A DNA stretch of 64,000 nucleotides from Pseudovirgaria hyperparasitica (Eukaryota). Below, piece after piece: positions 25,001 to 38,043 of this stretch (position 1 is the stretch's first letter; each line of letters begins with the position of its first letter). The notes beneath the pieces were generated by a model, which did not search any database, was not told the DNA's origin, and saw only the letters and a program-made list of their open reading frames with translations. Position numbers and translations under genes: made by a program. Where the stretch lies: the NCBI GenBank assembly GCA_010093815.1, contig ML996569.1. One strand, 5' to 3'.

Positions 25001-27083
25001 CTGGCGCTTACATACAGCCACTGACTAGGCGCCTGGGGCTGGGACAGTGCAGTATATGGTTTCTGAATGCCGATGCAAGACCTTATTGATATTACGGTCT
25101 CTGGATTTTTCAGATGATCCATGAAATCGAATCTACGAGACCAGCGAGCTCGATCCATCCCGGACAGGCTATGCAATGCTCGCCAGTTTGACCGCGATGT
25201 CAGAAGTGAGCCACGTTGAGGCATAGTTGCTAGGGTTGCGCTGAATGTGCACCAGTGCAACGAATTCGAGCGCTTTGCAAATGCTAGTTGTTCAAAGGAT
25301 GAAAGCGGGTCGATAACGAACGGCAGCACGACTCGTAGCATTGTTCGAAATATCCCCAGGCTGAAGAGTTTCTGAAGCCTCAACATCACTCGCGATGCCG
25401 GCGACCTCATACACAGGCTACGATATGCTTAATAGCTGGAGCATGACATATGGCGAGCGGTCTTGGAAGATGGAACCAAGGTCAATATCCTACCGCATGG
25501 TTGTCGAAGGACTCGAGTGGATGCTGCATCTCTATACCATAGCATCTCATATCCTGATGTTATCGGACATGCACCTGGCAGTCCGCCTCTTGTGGTGTCC
25601 ATTCCACTGTCGTGGGGCGTACGACATCAAGGAGGAGCCCACGAGCGGGCTCTACCGTGACGAACGTATCAGAAATCATTGCATGTCAATTTCCAGTCTA
25701 TCGACTGAATCTATGGTATGCTAGAAACCTGCGAGCTAGTGACTAGCAGATGTTTTGGTCGATGGACTTGGGTTGTACGAATCGAGGGATGGCATATGCA
25801 GCTAATATGCTAAATCGACGTTGTACTCTGGTGTAGCGACATCTTATGGGCAAGACTGAGTCGCCGTGTATCTCTTGCTTGAGCTACTGTCATCATCGAC
25901 GTGCTTCACCATTACGGGTATTGTGTCGATATTTCGATGTTCAATACCTTCGTTACAGCCCCCGAAATAGGCGAAATTGCCCACGGTCTGTGAGATCAGT
26001 GTTTGAACTTCGAATACACTCGCAACTCGAACCAGATTCGACTTCGAGATGTATGATATGCCGAGTGCGATTCGGGCTGTCAAGGTGGAGGTTTGACCTC
26101 ATCCGCCGCAAATGACGAGCGAATGGACCAGCAACATGCCGACTTCGCCGTTGAGCTGTAATGACTGGGATCAATGAGGAAGGAAAGATTCTGCTTGCTA
26201 GCAAGCTCAACAGAAATGTGAGTCAATGTTCGAAGAGAAAAAAAGCAGGCGTCGTTATTATCATTTGGGTCGAGCGGCGCAATGCCCATCGGAGCACCGC
26301 TTGAGGATCGCAGAAGATCGGGCTCATCAGGTTCAGAGCATATCCTGAATGCCTGTTCGACAAAGAAATATTCTGCAGGCCATCCCGAAGACACCTGGCG
26401 GTAGGTATGAGGCTGTTGTCGATCGGCGAAGGCAGAAGGGTGGTGAGGTGGATGTTGTTGAAGTTTCAGGAAAGACAAACCCACCAGCCAAGCAACCACC
26501 AACACCCGGCCCCGGCGTACGCCGCCGCGGATCACCGCCACTTTCAAACGGACTTGCAGCCCTGATTTCCAGCTCGAGCGGCAGGGAACGCCCTGCATAT
26601 AGCCCTTTGGTTCGCTCGTCCAGCGCAGAGACAGCCTGATTCTGACCACGGTCTGCTGATGTTCATGCCCTGGCTGTCCCAGCATGAAGCCTGTCCCGGT
26701 CGCTCCAGATGGCGCCGGTGACGAGATGCCCAAGGTCTTGGGCATCGTGTGGGCGGCAGTGCGGCAAAACGTCATCGCTCGAGTAGGGCATACATAAGAG
26801 CGACGCGGCGGACGGTGGTAATGGTACTATAACCCGGCGATCCAGGTCATCAACACTTCTCAGAGCTTATCTGCTTGACGCAGGAGGCATATAGGACGGG
26901 TCTCATCTCGTCCATCTGCAAAAAACACCACACGACCCCTCAATACCATCGTACGATCGGTCGACAACATCCACCAGCACCCCTGAACACTCTGTATATA
27001 CTGGTTCGCGGACACTCTCACACAAGTCCGAGCTATCTTCTCATCTCACTCCTCCTCCTCCTCCTCCTCCACCGACTCTCAGG

Positions 27084-27314
27084 ATGTGTCTCATAACCTC
27101 ACCACCCCGCCCTATCGCGGTCGTCGACACTGTCGGGCCCCGCTATGTATCAAACTATCATTCGGGCCCCGCTCGCAGCTCACGAACCTCCTACAGGAGG
27201 AGCAGTATCTCTCACTTGCCAAGGAACAGTACCACCAGCTACAAGAAGAGCGTGAGCAGTGTGCACGACGGGAATGGGTACGAGAGGAGGGAGGTGAAAT
27301 ATTATCGGGCCTAG
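27084..27314 (+). CDS. Small Ser/Arg/Tyr-rich hypothetical protein (76 aa)
   Basis: TATATA at about 26995 and a pyrimidine-rich leader precede the ATG. Composition is typical of small disordered fungal proteins. Confidence 0.4.
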   Translation: MCLITSPPRPIAVVDTVGPRYVSNYHSGPARSSRTSYRRSSISHLPRNSTTSYKKSVSSVHDGNGYERREVKYYRA

Positions 27315-27730
27315 GGCAGGCGGAGCGGGGAATAGCCTCTGAGATCTGAGGCTCCTAAAGAATTTGCTAGGGAAGGTGCATATAAATGAGGATCAGGATG
27401 GGACTTGGGTGGTGGAAGCGGTGCTATGGATGGAGTTACATAACTTCTGAATGTAACGTGCCCGCAGCCATGCAGGTAAACTCCAAGCAGCTTCTGTTGT
27501 GTGTAAGAACGTGTTGCCAGTATTAGTTGGATGTAGTTGGAAAACAGCAAATCTCCGCAGCGTCGTATATATCTGCCCCTTGATCACCGCACATCATTAA
27601 CGCCCGATAAATTCCAATATCATGTTACTTAGCCGCACTATTGCAAGTGAAACACGTAGCACAATTTGAAGCCAGAGCGCTGGTATAGTCACAATTCTAT
27701 TGCTACATAGGCCTGATCAGGCATCATGAT

Positions 27731-29065
27731 CTAGTCTTTCTTGAAGTCCACTTTGCCATCATTTCCCACATTAGCGAAACGAACAGTCTCCTTCAGCGGC
27801 GCGTCCTTCGCAACCTCATCCGAGGAGCCGTGTCCCGCCTCTTTATGGACAATATCATACACAACTCCAGGCGGGCTATCGCCAATCTCAATTACATCCC
27901 TCGTTGTCAGAACGTCCGTCAATCTTGATCCACGTGATTGTAATAGAATGCTCGTCGGTCCTGTGAACTGCAGAAATAATCGGTCACCCCAAATCGTCCG
28001 CCGCGCCCACGTTCGCAGTACGAAGAACATCGACCGGATATACCTCCACGTCGGTGATTCTCCGATAGTACGGAAAAATTTGTTATCAGGTACAAAGCGG
28101 CCAAGTGACGCGGTCGGGACTTGAAATCGCAGAATGTTGGATTTGAATCTATATGGCTGCGGCAAGTTGCGCGATACACTATAAGCGATTACGTTCGCTG
28201 GGTGCACGACATACTGCTCGCCGGCTTTGAGCTGAATTTGGTAAATGTTTCCGCTTCCTGCTAGCGCGAGAAGGCCTCGTCCGCTGATGTGTGAATTGCC
28301 CCAATGGGAAATGCTCTACGTTGTCTGAGTATATCGTTTGCTGTAGATCCGATCTTGACGTACCATTTTCGTATTGATCTTGGGCTTCACTGATAGGTCG
28401 TGCCCTGTCCATGCTATGAGTGCGTTCCTTTGCGCGACTATCCAGTCTCGTCTCCCATCCAGATGTATCACCGACGCCGAGGATATTGGCGATTTCGGGG
28501 ATATGAGGGCGGTAATTGGGGACGTAGAAGATATCTGTAATGTCAGCCACTTCTCGTGTAAGTCTTACTGTCGGCTCACTTTCTGGTAAAGAAAAGGAAT
28601 GCCAACGAGGGCACGTCTGAAAGGTTCTAATAGAGAAAGTGTTGAGACCGCCTGGACCTTAATGTCAGCTCCGTATCACTGAATCAGCGTTAAGATCATT
28701 CTTACATTTTCAGCCTGCCCTGTCACAGCTATCAGAGTCCCGCGTTGGGTGTAGAGATTCTGCGAAGCGGAGAGCTGTACGGATAGTAAAGAGTACGGTG
28801 CGCCGAGGACTTCGAAGCGTGCATCTAGAGATCTGATTAGCCCAGGAGCGAGCGAAATGATCTATGACTTGCCTGGTCCAGGCTCAGGAGAGAGTTGATA
28901 AGGTTGTGAAGGAAGCTCTGGCTCTGGAGACTGTCTTGTCGCGGGAGAGTCGGTGATCTGTATATATCGGCGACCAATTGAACTTGGGTGAGACAAGATG
29001 GGCCTCCGCTCAGCAGTTCCTAGAGCGCAAGAGGACCATATTGATCTAGCAGCGCTGATGCGCAT
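27731..29065 (-). CDS. AIM24: Mitochondrial biogenesis protein AIM24 (DUF124), 5 exons
   Basis: Mitochondrial presequence; exons [61 protein letters not shown] and [17 protein letters not shown]. Confidence 0.88.
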
Positions 29066-29466
29066 TGCTACGGACTGTGATTGTCTGAGCGCAGACTGGT
29101 CGTTGTATGAGCGCTATATGAATCTTGGTTGCGGAGAAGCTGGATGACCTCCGAAAGCTTGGACCACTAGTAAGGCTGAGCACAAATCCGGATGGATTGC
29201 ACAATTTGAGCTATATACAGTTGTGCAATCGTGCACAGTCCGTCAACGGATGATGCAATTGCTGTCCTGCAAGGTGTCAAGGCGTTCGAGCACCTTGATG
29301 TTGTCTTGTATGTTTGCAACTATCGATGGAACGATGATTGTTCTATACTGACTTGATCGCAGGATACCCCAAGCATCTACGATATCCGCCACGCGCGGAC
29401 GCCTCTACGAGTCAGAAGAAGATGCCGGTAGCTTCAATATATCACAGTGCAGCATAGGAAGCCAGT

Positions 29467-31734
29467 ATGCTGGCACAATACTTTGCCCGCCGAGCGGTCA
29501 GCAAGCGCTCTCCTCACCTGAAGGACTTTCGCAGTTGTGGTCCATTTCATGGCACCAAAATACCTATCATTTACCGATCAATTCGAATATATGCAACAAC
29601 CCCACCAGACGCGAAGCAGGCCAGCAACACGAAATTACAAGTGCAAGAGACCACCCGTCAAGAGACTATAGAAAAAGGTGAAAGCATAAAGCCGGAATCG
29701 TTTGAAAAGAAACAAAATGCAGACCAAGCAAGGTCCGGAGTTCTGCTGGCCGAGCAAACAGTCTCAAATAAAGAGCAGCGCAAGGCTGACTGGGCCATCA
29801 TAAAGGAAATGTCCGCGTACATTTGGCCAAAGGATAATCTAGGTGCGAGATTACGAGTCACATCAGCTGTTGGGCTGCTCATTGGAGCAAAGCTGCTCAA
29901 TGTTCAGATCCCTTTTTACTTCAAGAGCATAGTTGATTCGATGAACATCGACTTCTTGGCTGTGGGAGGGACTGCGTGGACTGTTGCAGGCTCCATAATA
30001 TTGGCATATGGAGTCACTAGAATTGGCGCCACGGTATTCCAAGAGCTACGGAATGCTGTATTTGCTAGTGTTGCACAGAAGGCGATTCGAAGAGTGGCAT
30101 GTGGTGTATACGAGCATCTGCTGAGATTGGATCTCAATTTCCATCTCACCAGGCAGACTGGTGGCTTGACAAGAGCCATTGATCGAGGCACGAAGGGCAT
30201 CAGCTTCCTCCTCACTTCTATGGTTTTTCACGTGATACCAACGGCGCTTGAAATCGCTCTTGTCTGTGGTATCTTGACGTATCAGTACGGTCCACAATTC
30301 GCTGCAATTACAGCTGCAACTATGATAGCATACACTGCATTTACTATTTCCACAACATCGTGGAGAACCAAGTTCCGGAAACAGGCCAACGCTGCAGATA
30401 ACAAAGCTGCCACAGTTGGTGTCGACGCTTTGATCAATTACGAAGCCGTCAAAGTAAGTATCGATGTCTCGACTGTGTCTTGTACCCACTCTGATTGCCG
30501 CTAGTACTTCAACAATGAGAAATATGAGGTGTCTCGGTATGATGCAGCGCTACAGCAATACGAGGGAGCCTCGATCAAAGTCGCTACATCTCTTGCCTTC
30601 CTCAATTCAGGCCAGAACTTGATTTTTTCAAGTGCTCTGACCGGTATGATGTATCTTGCTGCGAATGGTGTCGCGGAAGGCACACTGACCGTTGGTGATC
30701 TGGTCATGGTCAATCAACTTCTCTTCCAGCTATCGGTGCCCCTGAACTTCCTCGGATCCGTCTATCGCGAACTACGTCAGAGTCTATTGGATATGGAGAC
30801 CTTGTTCAATTTACAGAAAGTAAATATTTCCGTCAAGGAGAAGAAGGACGCGATGCCCTTGAAGCTCACAGGTGGTGAGATCAAGTTCGAGAACGTAACT
30901 TTTGGCTATCGGCAGGATCGGCCTATCCTTCAGAACCTGTCCCTAACTATCCCAGCTGGAAAGAAGGTGGCCATTGTTGGCCCGAGCGGGTGCGGCAAAT
31001 CCACCATTCTTCGTCTTCTATTCCGATCCTATGATGTCAAGGAAGGAAAGATTTTGGTCGACGGCCAGGACATACGAGATGTCGGTATTGACAGCTTGAG
31101 AAGAGCAATCGGCGTCGTTCCACAAGATACACCACTGTTCAACAACACCATTGAACACAATATCCGTTATGGTAACCTCAACGCAAGTCGTGAGGAGGTT
31201 GTCGCAGCTGCAAAACGAGCAAGAGTCCACGACACGATCGAGAAATTCCCGGATGCTTATAATACAATGGTTGGAGAGCGCGGTATGATGATATCTGGTG
31301 GAGAGAAGCAACGTCTGGCTATTTCCCGCATGTTACTGAAAGACCCGCCACTGCTATTCTTTGATGAAGCTGTACGTCTGCATGCAAAATCACACGCACC
31401 AGCCTGCTAATCAGACACAGACATCTGCTCTGGATACCCATACTGAACAGGGAATCATGAGCAATATTAACAGCATCCTGAAGGAGAAGGAGAGAACATC
31501 AGTATTCATTGCGCACAGATTGCGCACGATATACGACAGCGATCTGATTATTGTCCTCAAGGATGGCAAAGTTGCAGAGAGTGGAACACATGAGAAGTTG
31601 ATTGATCAAGGGGGTCTGTACTCGGAGCTGTGGAGTGGTATGTATCAGTCTGCTCTATACGACCAGATTCCCAAGCTGACAAAGTGACAGCGCAAGAGAC
31701 CATGTTCGTAGACGAAAGACCACCAGGAATCTAA
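29467..31734 (+). CDS. ATM1: Mitochondrial ABC half-transporter ATM1, 4 exons
   Basis: [33 protein letters not shown], Walker A GPSGCGKS, signature [13 protein letters not shown]-intron-TSALD. Last exon [14 protein letters not shown]. Confidence 0.97.
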
Positions 31735-32491
31735 ACACATGACCAAGGGATTTTGAAGGCGATGCATGCAACATGTGATCATTCCCAATCGGAATCTCGC
31801 AGCGCCGTCTGATGTATATACCACAATATTCAGACCACTTTCGATGAAAGCGTGGCAATGTCATTACTGTCTTACCGGCGTCTACCGATCCGTACCTTCA
31901 TGTCAACAAAATACCCTCGAAATGTCTTTCTTCATGACAGTATTGGCATTTAATACGATAATATGAAGATGTTTAGAAACATGCACAAGCTGACTGCATG
32001 CGGAAGGTGGTTCACTAAGCCCCCTAGTCTCCCCCACCTTAGCGAATCCATTTACAGGCATCCGATACTCATGATCGCCATCCTAGTAGCGACGGCGTCA
32101 ATATTCCGGCTCTCACATTCGCTGCGTCCCTGGACTTTCGGCAGCGATCAACACCTCATCCGCATCTCTTCACCCGCGCATCTTCTACTTTCACCACTTT
32201 TAAGCAGATGTCATGTGCTAAACAATTGCTCTCTTCGGACTCACCTGCCGATAGGAGCAAACAATCATCCTTCAACTGAATCTAAGACCGAAACGGGATG
32301 GTCGGATGACGACTCATCTCATGTTGTCGGTACGACACAAGCACAACGTCGGCTGCGTGGTTGTCGTCTTGAGTTGTCATTGCTCCGAATACCGGGTAGA
32401 TTCACCCAACCTTGTCGGCTCGTCTCCGAACTTGGTCATGCACGTAGCTCTAGCTCCAGTTGCTATCCTACTAATCATGTCGATCACCGCA

Positions 32492-34191
32492 ATGACTTAT
32501 AGGTACCTGCTTTTCGCTGTTTTGGCGATGGCGGGCTTTTGTTCGGTACGTCTTGGGTTCACATACACTGGAGACACATACCTATATCCTCAATAATAGG
32601 TCTGGGGGTTTGGTATCTGGATAGATCTCAAGTAATCCCTACAGGGTAATCACGATGGGTCAAGGTATATCTCCTTTCCATGTGTGAGAGCTTCCGCTGA
32701 TATGAACAGGCGGCTATCTCACACTTGTCAATGGGTCCCCCTTTGATTGGACCGTAGCAAGTCAGCATTCTTACCAGATGGTGACCTGGAACTGGCCGAC
32801 AGTACCAGCAGGCGAGGCTCGTTATACAGACATTTTAACTTTCGCTAATCCGACCAAGGCGAATCGAAGCAGGTTTATGTCGAATGGGGCGACTCGGGAA
32901 ATATCAAAGACAATTCCGCTGAAGCGTACTACTCTATTACCGGAACCGACCAAACTTTCCAGGTCCAGGCCCGGAGCAAGTCTTCTTTCCCTCCGGACTT
33001 CCATCTTTACATCTCTCTAGACAATCTCGACACCAAATCGAACAACAAAGGTGACGTCATTGATGAAGGCTGGCGCCACGATCGAAGCCTTAATTGGATT
33101 CTTTCTCAAGACGACCGGGGTGAGTTCTGGTCGAACTCTGCCCTGGGAATAGACTGGATGCACCAAAGTTTGCCTACGATTGGTAACCGCAAACTAAAGC
33201 ACATCTGCATGCCTGGTAGTCACGATGCGGCAATGTCAGAGTATCATCCTGGAACCATTGGTGCAAATTATCAGAATACACAGACCCAGCTCTTCAGCTT
33301 CTATGATCAACTCGTATATGGGTCGAGGTTTTTTGACTATCGACCTGTTATATCGAATGGTCAATTCGTTGCTGGTCACTACTCAGAAGTTGCCGATGTC
33401 TGGTTTGGGGGAAATGGTCAGAGCATGTCTAGCGTGATTGACCAAATCAACTCGTAAGTACTCTGGTGGATCAAGGCCTCGTAGCGTAATCTCACAGCCG
33501 CTTCAGCTTCACCCAAACCAATCAAGAACTCATCATAATCTACCTCTCCCACACTCTCGATACCGACAACAACTTTTCCGCTCTGACCCAAGACCAATGG
33601 AACCGCATGTTCTCCGAACTCACTCGCCTAAACCACCGCTTCATCCCGTCAACTATACCCTCCGACCTTACCAATCTCAAGCTTAACGACTACATCGCAT
33701 CCTCTGCCGCCGTTCTCATCCTTGCGGAGCTCCCTAACGGCATCTCGCTCGGCAACTACGCATCCCAAGGGATATACTCCTCCACTTCCTTTCCCCGCTT
33801 CGACGTCTACGCCAATTCCGACGATCGCACTACTATGGAAAATGACCAACTCGCCAAACTCCGTGCTCAGCGCCACGTATCCGCGACTGACACCAAAGAC
33901 ACATTTTTCAGTCTCTCCTGGACACTCACGCAGCAGAACCCATTTGGTGATGCGATTGTTAATTTAGCAGTGAGTGTATGGGACGACTTATTCGCAAAGG
34001 CGTATGCGGCTTTCACTCCAGAAAGCTATCCGAACGTGCTGTTCCTGGATGCATATGCGGCAAGGGATAGGGCTGGGTTTCCGGTGAGCGAGAAGCCGGC
34101 GAGTGTGCCTGCATATCCTGACGCTGCGGCACTGGCTGTGGCAGTCAACTTCGGAGTTGCGGGGAGGAATGGCTTTGTGACGGGAGAGTAG
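32492..34191 (+). CDS. Secreted PLC-like phosphodiesterase (PI-PLC X domain), multi-exon
   Basis: Signal peptide MTYRYLLFAVLAMAGFCS; LKHICMPGSHDAAMS; QLVYGSRFFDYRP; LSWTLTQ; YPNVLFLD. The 5' micro-exons are uncertain. Confidence 0.85.
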
Positions 34192-35081
34192 GTAGATATC
34201 GGGTCTCCGTGATTGGTAGTCTCGTGCAGATATGCTTTCACACGCAAATACCATTCAATCATACTGCCAATTCAATGTGCATACACGTCATTATCACATA
34301 AGTTGTTCCCCACCAACCCTGGACTGATACTTCTACCACTTTCCGAACCTCTATGACCTGCAAATCTATTGGAGCTGTTCTACGTCGGACACATCCTCCT
34401 CTCCTTATTGCCCATGCGCTCGCACCACCACAGTCCTCTCGTTCCGTGTATCTCCAAACCACCCGCTGACCTTCCAGCTAAATACAAATGACCGCATCGA
34501 CGCACAGCATACCACACACAGCCATCGCAACGTCTCCTCGAGGCCCAGGCTGAAAGTTTGCTCCGGTCAGGTCAGGCCAGGCCAGGCCAGGCCAGCACCT
34601 CTCGACTCACGAGTCGCGATTCGCGACTTACAAATCGCGCCTGCACTCTCGCTTCGACTTGGGTACCACCGACCTCCGAGGGAAACGCTACGCGCGCCTC
34701 ACATTGCTCACTCGTCTCACATACATATGAGAGATCTGTTTGCTCGCTGCCTGCTGCCTGTTGCTCAGGATGCTGTGAGAGCGCACCGAGTCCAATAGAC
34801 ATGTCGTTGGCGCTGCCTTTCGTGGCTACAGCTGCAGTTGTGGGGCGCGGTGGTGGGACGGCGGGGTGCTGATTGGGCGTTGAGGGGTGCATCGTGCTGC
34901 ATGGTGGTGTGCTGTAGTGTAGCGAGAGACGTTGCATGGGGATATGAGGCGGTGCATTGGGCGTGCGAGTGAGGAGGGGTTGTGCTGGGGGTGTCTAGAG
35001 CCTCGTCTTGTAGTTTTTGCATTGAAGTGTACGGTTCGAGTAAGCTGTTGTGAGTTTCTGAGCGAATCTTTGTCTGGCGAT

Positions 35082-36329
35082 ATGATGGTCGATATTGAGA
35101 AGCAGCAGGATGTGAGTTTGGAATTGGGTCTGTGTGTGTTTTGGTGCTGATATCACGATACAGACACACGCAGAGAATGCTGTTGTCGAGCAGATACCGG
35201 CTGGGACGCCGTCGAGTCCGGCTGGTCCTGCGGCGAATACGAAGAAGACTGCTACGAAGAAACTCACAAGGCTATTTCGAAACATGGTTCCAAAATCGGT
35301 GCTTCCGGAGAACGATATTCTAGTCAAAGAACTGAAGGCGAGGAGGGATTGTATGTCTGCCATTCCGCAGGAAAGTCTGCTCAAGGGATATCCAAGCGTT
35401 GCCGGTCATATGGGGCAAAAGCATACGTCCGCCATCTTTCGCCGATTCAGTACTCTCAACGCTCAGAATCTGTTGTATATGCAGGCCGAGCTAGTCGCTT
35501 TGGAGGGAGAGCTTCGTGATGTAGAGAAGGAGGATCATTCAAGCGATACATCGCCTAGTTTCGAGTACGTCAGAGACTGGCATTCGCTCAGTAAGTCAAA
35601 GAAAAATGGGGATGACATACAACTCAGACTTGTGATGCGAATAAGGAAGGCTTTAAAAAAATACAGTTAGATGCTCCAACGCAAGCGCCTCGAATGTCGA
35701 CTAACACTAAAGTCCAGATAAGGCTATGTTACAGACGTCAGCTATGCTAGCATTGAGTCCACCAGCTCCCTACGATATAAGCGTGGTTCAAGATTTTCTG
35801 TTCACTCAAGGAAACGACGCTTTGATGGGCCACGACTCAGGAGTTTGGGGTAGCGTTCACACACCTTTCACTCATGCTCCAGACTTGGTCGCCTTGAAGC
35901 CTCGTCAGACGGAGGATAGTTTCTCAGTTTGGGTAGCTGAGAAGGCATCCGGATACTGGCTACAACTCCGTAGTCGCTGGCATCGCATGACTACCAAGGA
36001 CACATCTGAAACGCCACAATTTCGAGTGACAGATGCAAGTCTTTTGAGAGCGACATACTGGATCACAAGCATTGTTGCAGCGCTTCTACCAGTTCTATCA
36101 ATAGTTATATTGATATATGTTGACAAGCTTCCCCAAAAGCTCGCTGTAATCGGGTGCTTGAATTTGGTAGTCTCGTTATGTCTGACCATATTCACCAGCG
36201 CCAAACGCACGGAGGTATTTTCCGTCACTGCTGCGTGAGTATATCAAGTGCAATGTCGTTAACTGTTGAACTAACCTTGTCCTTAGGTTTGCGGCCGTCC
36301 AAGTCGTCTTCGTTGGTGTGAATCAATGA
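35082..36329 (+). CDS. DUF6594-type membrane protein, copy 1 (exons 35082-35111, 35164-35665, 35718-36234, 36287-36329)
   Basis: GYPSVAGHM..IFRRFSTLNAQNLLYMQAELVALE; three C-terminal hydrophobic segments ending KRTEVFSVTAAFAAVQVVFVG. All introns are GT-AG with branch sites. Confidence 0.88.
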
Positions 36330-36611
36330 TTGGGTCGAACGCGATCCCCTCGTGTCCTCCATATCGCTTTGACTATTCGAATGCTGGTTCCGACGGTCTT
36401 CCATTCTTCCCTGGGCATTCTCATCGTCTAAAGCTTTCTGTCGAGCGATTACTTCCTCATGGGTAGCTTTGAAATTCCTGGCCGCTATGCTTTGATTAAG
36501 CAGCCATATGCCCTCAGAAGCCCCTCTTACGGACTCACCCTGGTCGATATCTTGAGTCTTCGTTGCCCGTACATCACCTTCGCTTGGACGTGTAGTATTT
36601 TTTCTAGCCAT
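36225..36611 (-). CDS. Small charged coiled-coil-like protein overlapping the 3' end of DUF6594 copy 1
   Basis: ATG at 36611 and a clean 54-nt GTGAGT..CTTAAT..TAG intron-like segment at 36485-36538. Antisense overlap of about 100 nt lowers confidence. Confidence 0.35.
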   Translation of the reverse strand: MARKNTTRPSEGDVRATKTQDIDQGESVRGASEGIWLLNQSIAARNFKATHEEVIARQKALDDENAQGRMEDRRNQHSNSQSDMEDTRGSRSTQSLIHTNEDDLDGRKPKDKVSSTVNDIALDILTQQ

Positions 36612-38043
36612 CACTAGTTGGTAGAAAGCGACTGAAGCTCGGCTGGTTATCGAACACATGGCTGCTCGATGGCATCCCAACTGCCATAATATACTAGAGC
36701 CATGGCCACTGCTGCGGTTCAAAGAGCACCTGGGTCACAAGAAGGACAAAGAGCAGTGAATCAAGCAGGTTCGCTGGCATGGAAATTCATCATTTGGCTG
36801 GAATCGAGCGTGTTCATTGCACGAGAGCTTACGGTTTTGCCCTCGGAATGCGGCAAAAAACCAGCCTTGAGCATGAGGAATGAAGGCAGTGTCTGAAAGA
36901 AACTTGGAAGGGACATTTAGATCCAGTGAGGTGAGATAGTTTGCCACCGCACTGTCTTGCCTGATTCATTGGGACTTGTGAATGTAGCGGTGTGAAGCGA
37001 GCTCAAACCCTCGTGAATAACCCTCTGTCATGTGGACATGGAATGTTCGGTGTTGTAAAGATCATTAACAGTAGATAGATATCAATATAAATGTACAGAT
37101 CTCATAGAATGGGTTACTTCGAAGAGGAGGTATTATAATAGAGGTAGTATGTGTGAAATTTTCGAACCAGGTTTTCTTTTCCTCTCTCCTTCATTAGATG
37201 CAAGTCTGTAATCAACGCTTGCATACGTCGAGTAAACTATCTTAAGTTATCATTACGTCGCTAATGCGTACGTCTAGTGTAGTATGTACTATGGTGTGTG
37301 GACGTAGAAGACCTCATGAACCATAAGAATAGAGAGAAATTACACGCGTAAGTACGAAAGCGCTGGGTAATCTATATATAACGCATTATGACAGTTACTA
37401 AGGAGCGCATCTCAGTATGAAATCAGGCAGAGACAATAGTAAAAACAGGTTTGTGCCGGTGTAGGGCTTACTGGCCCCCGAGGCTCGGTGGTGAATCTTC
37501 AAGTAAGACAACATCCTTCTGCCTTGCCCCGTTGGCACATTCACGAAACAAGGCGGAGCATGGAAACCCGGTAAAACATAGATACAGAGTGACAGAGAAC
37601 TGTCTTGACTGACCAGAGCCTGGATAGACGTCTTCCACGGATAGGCGAAAGATATATTATACCCGAGGAAATCGACTACTTAACGAAAGAAAGCAAGGAG
37701 AGTACACCCACGGCGCAGGGGCGGGACCAGCCGCTAAAACTCAGAACTAATACAAATTCGGTAATATTCTATATGCTTCTATCAACTTCAACTCTATTTG
37801 AACGATGATCAGCGGCAGGGGCAGATGCATACTGCGTCTGACAGGGCTGTGATACTATCTTACTGGCCTCTGCATGCTTCACGGCTGCTATTATGTGTGT
37901 GGTCAGAGAACCACCCGACATTTCTCTGAACTTGCAAGTATTATACTTAGCTGGGATAGCAGAGGTCTTGATTAATTATGGTTGCCTTCATTATGTTATT
38001 CCCGGTCACGCACAATGAGCATTTCAGTTTTTGTGCTGTGCTT

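Noticed and set aside
26080..26775. 231-aa ORF and overlapping ORFs
   Set aside because: GC-rich sequence open in several frames with no domain motif; I cannot choose a real frame.
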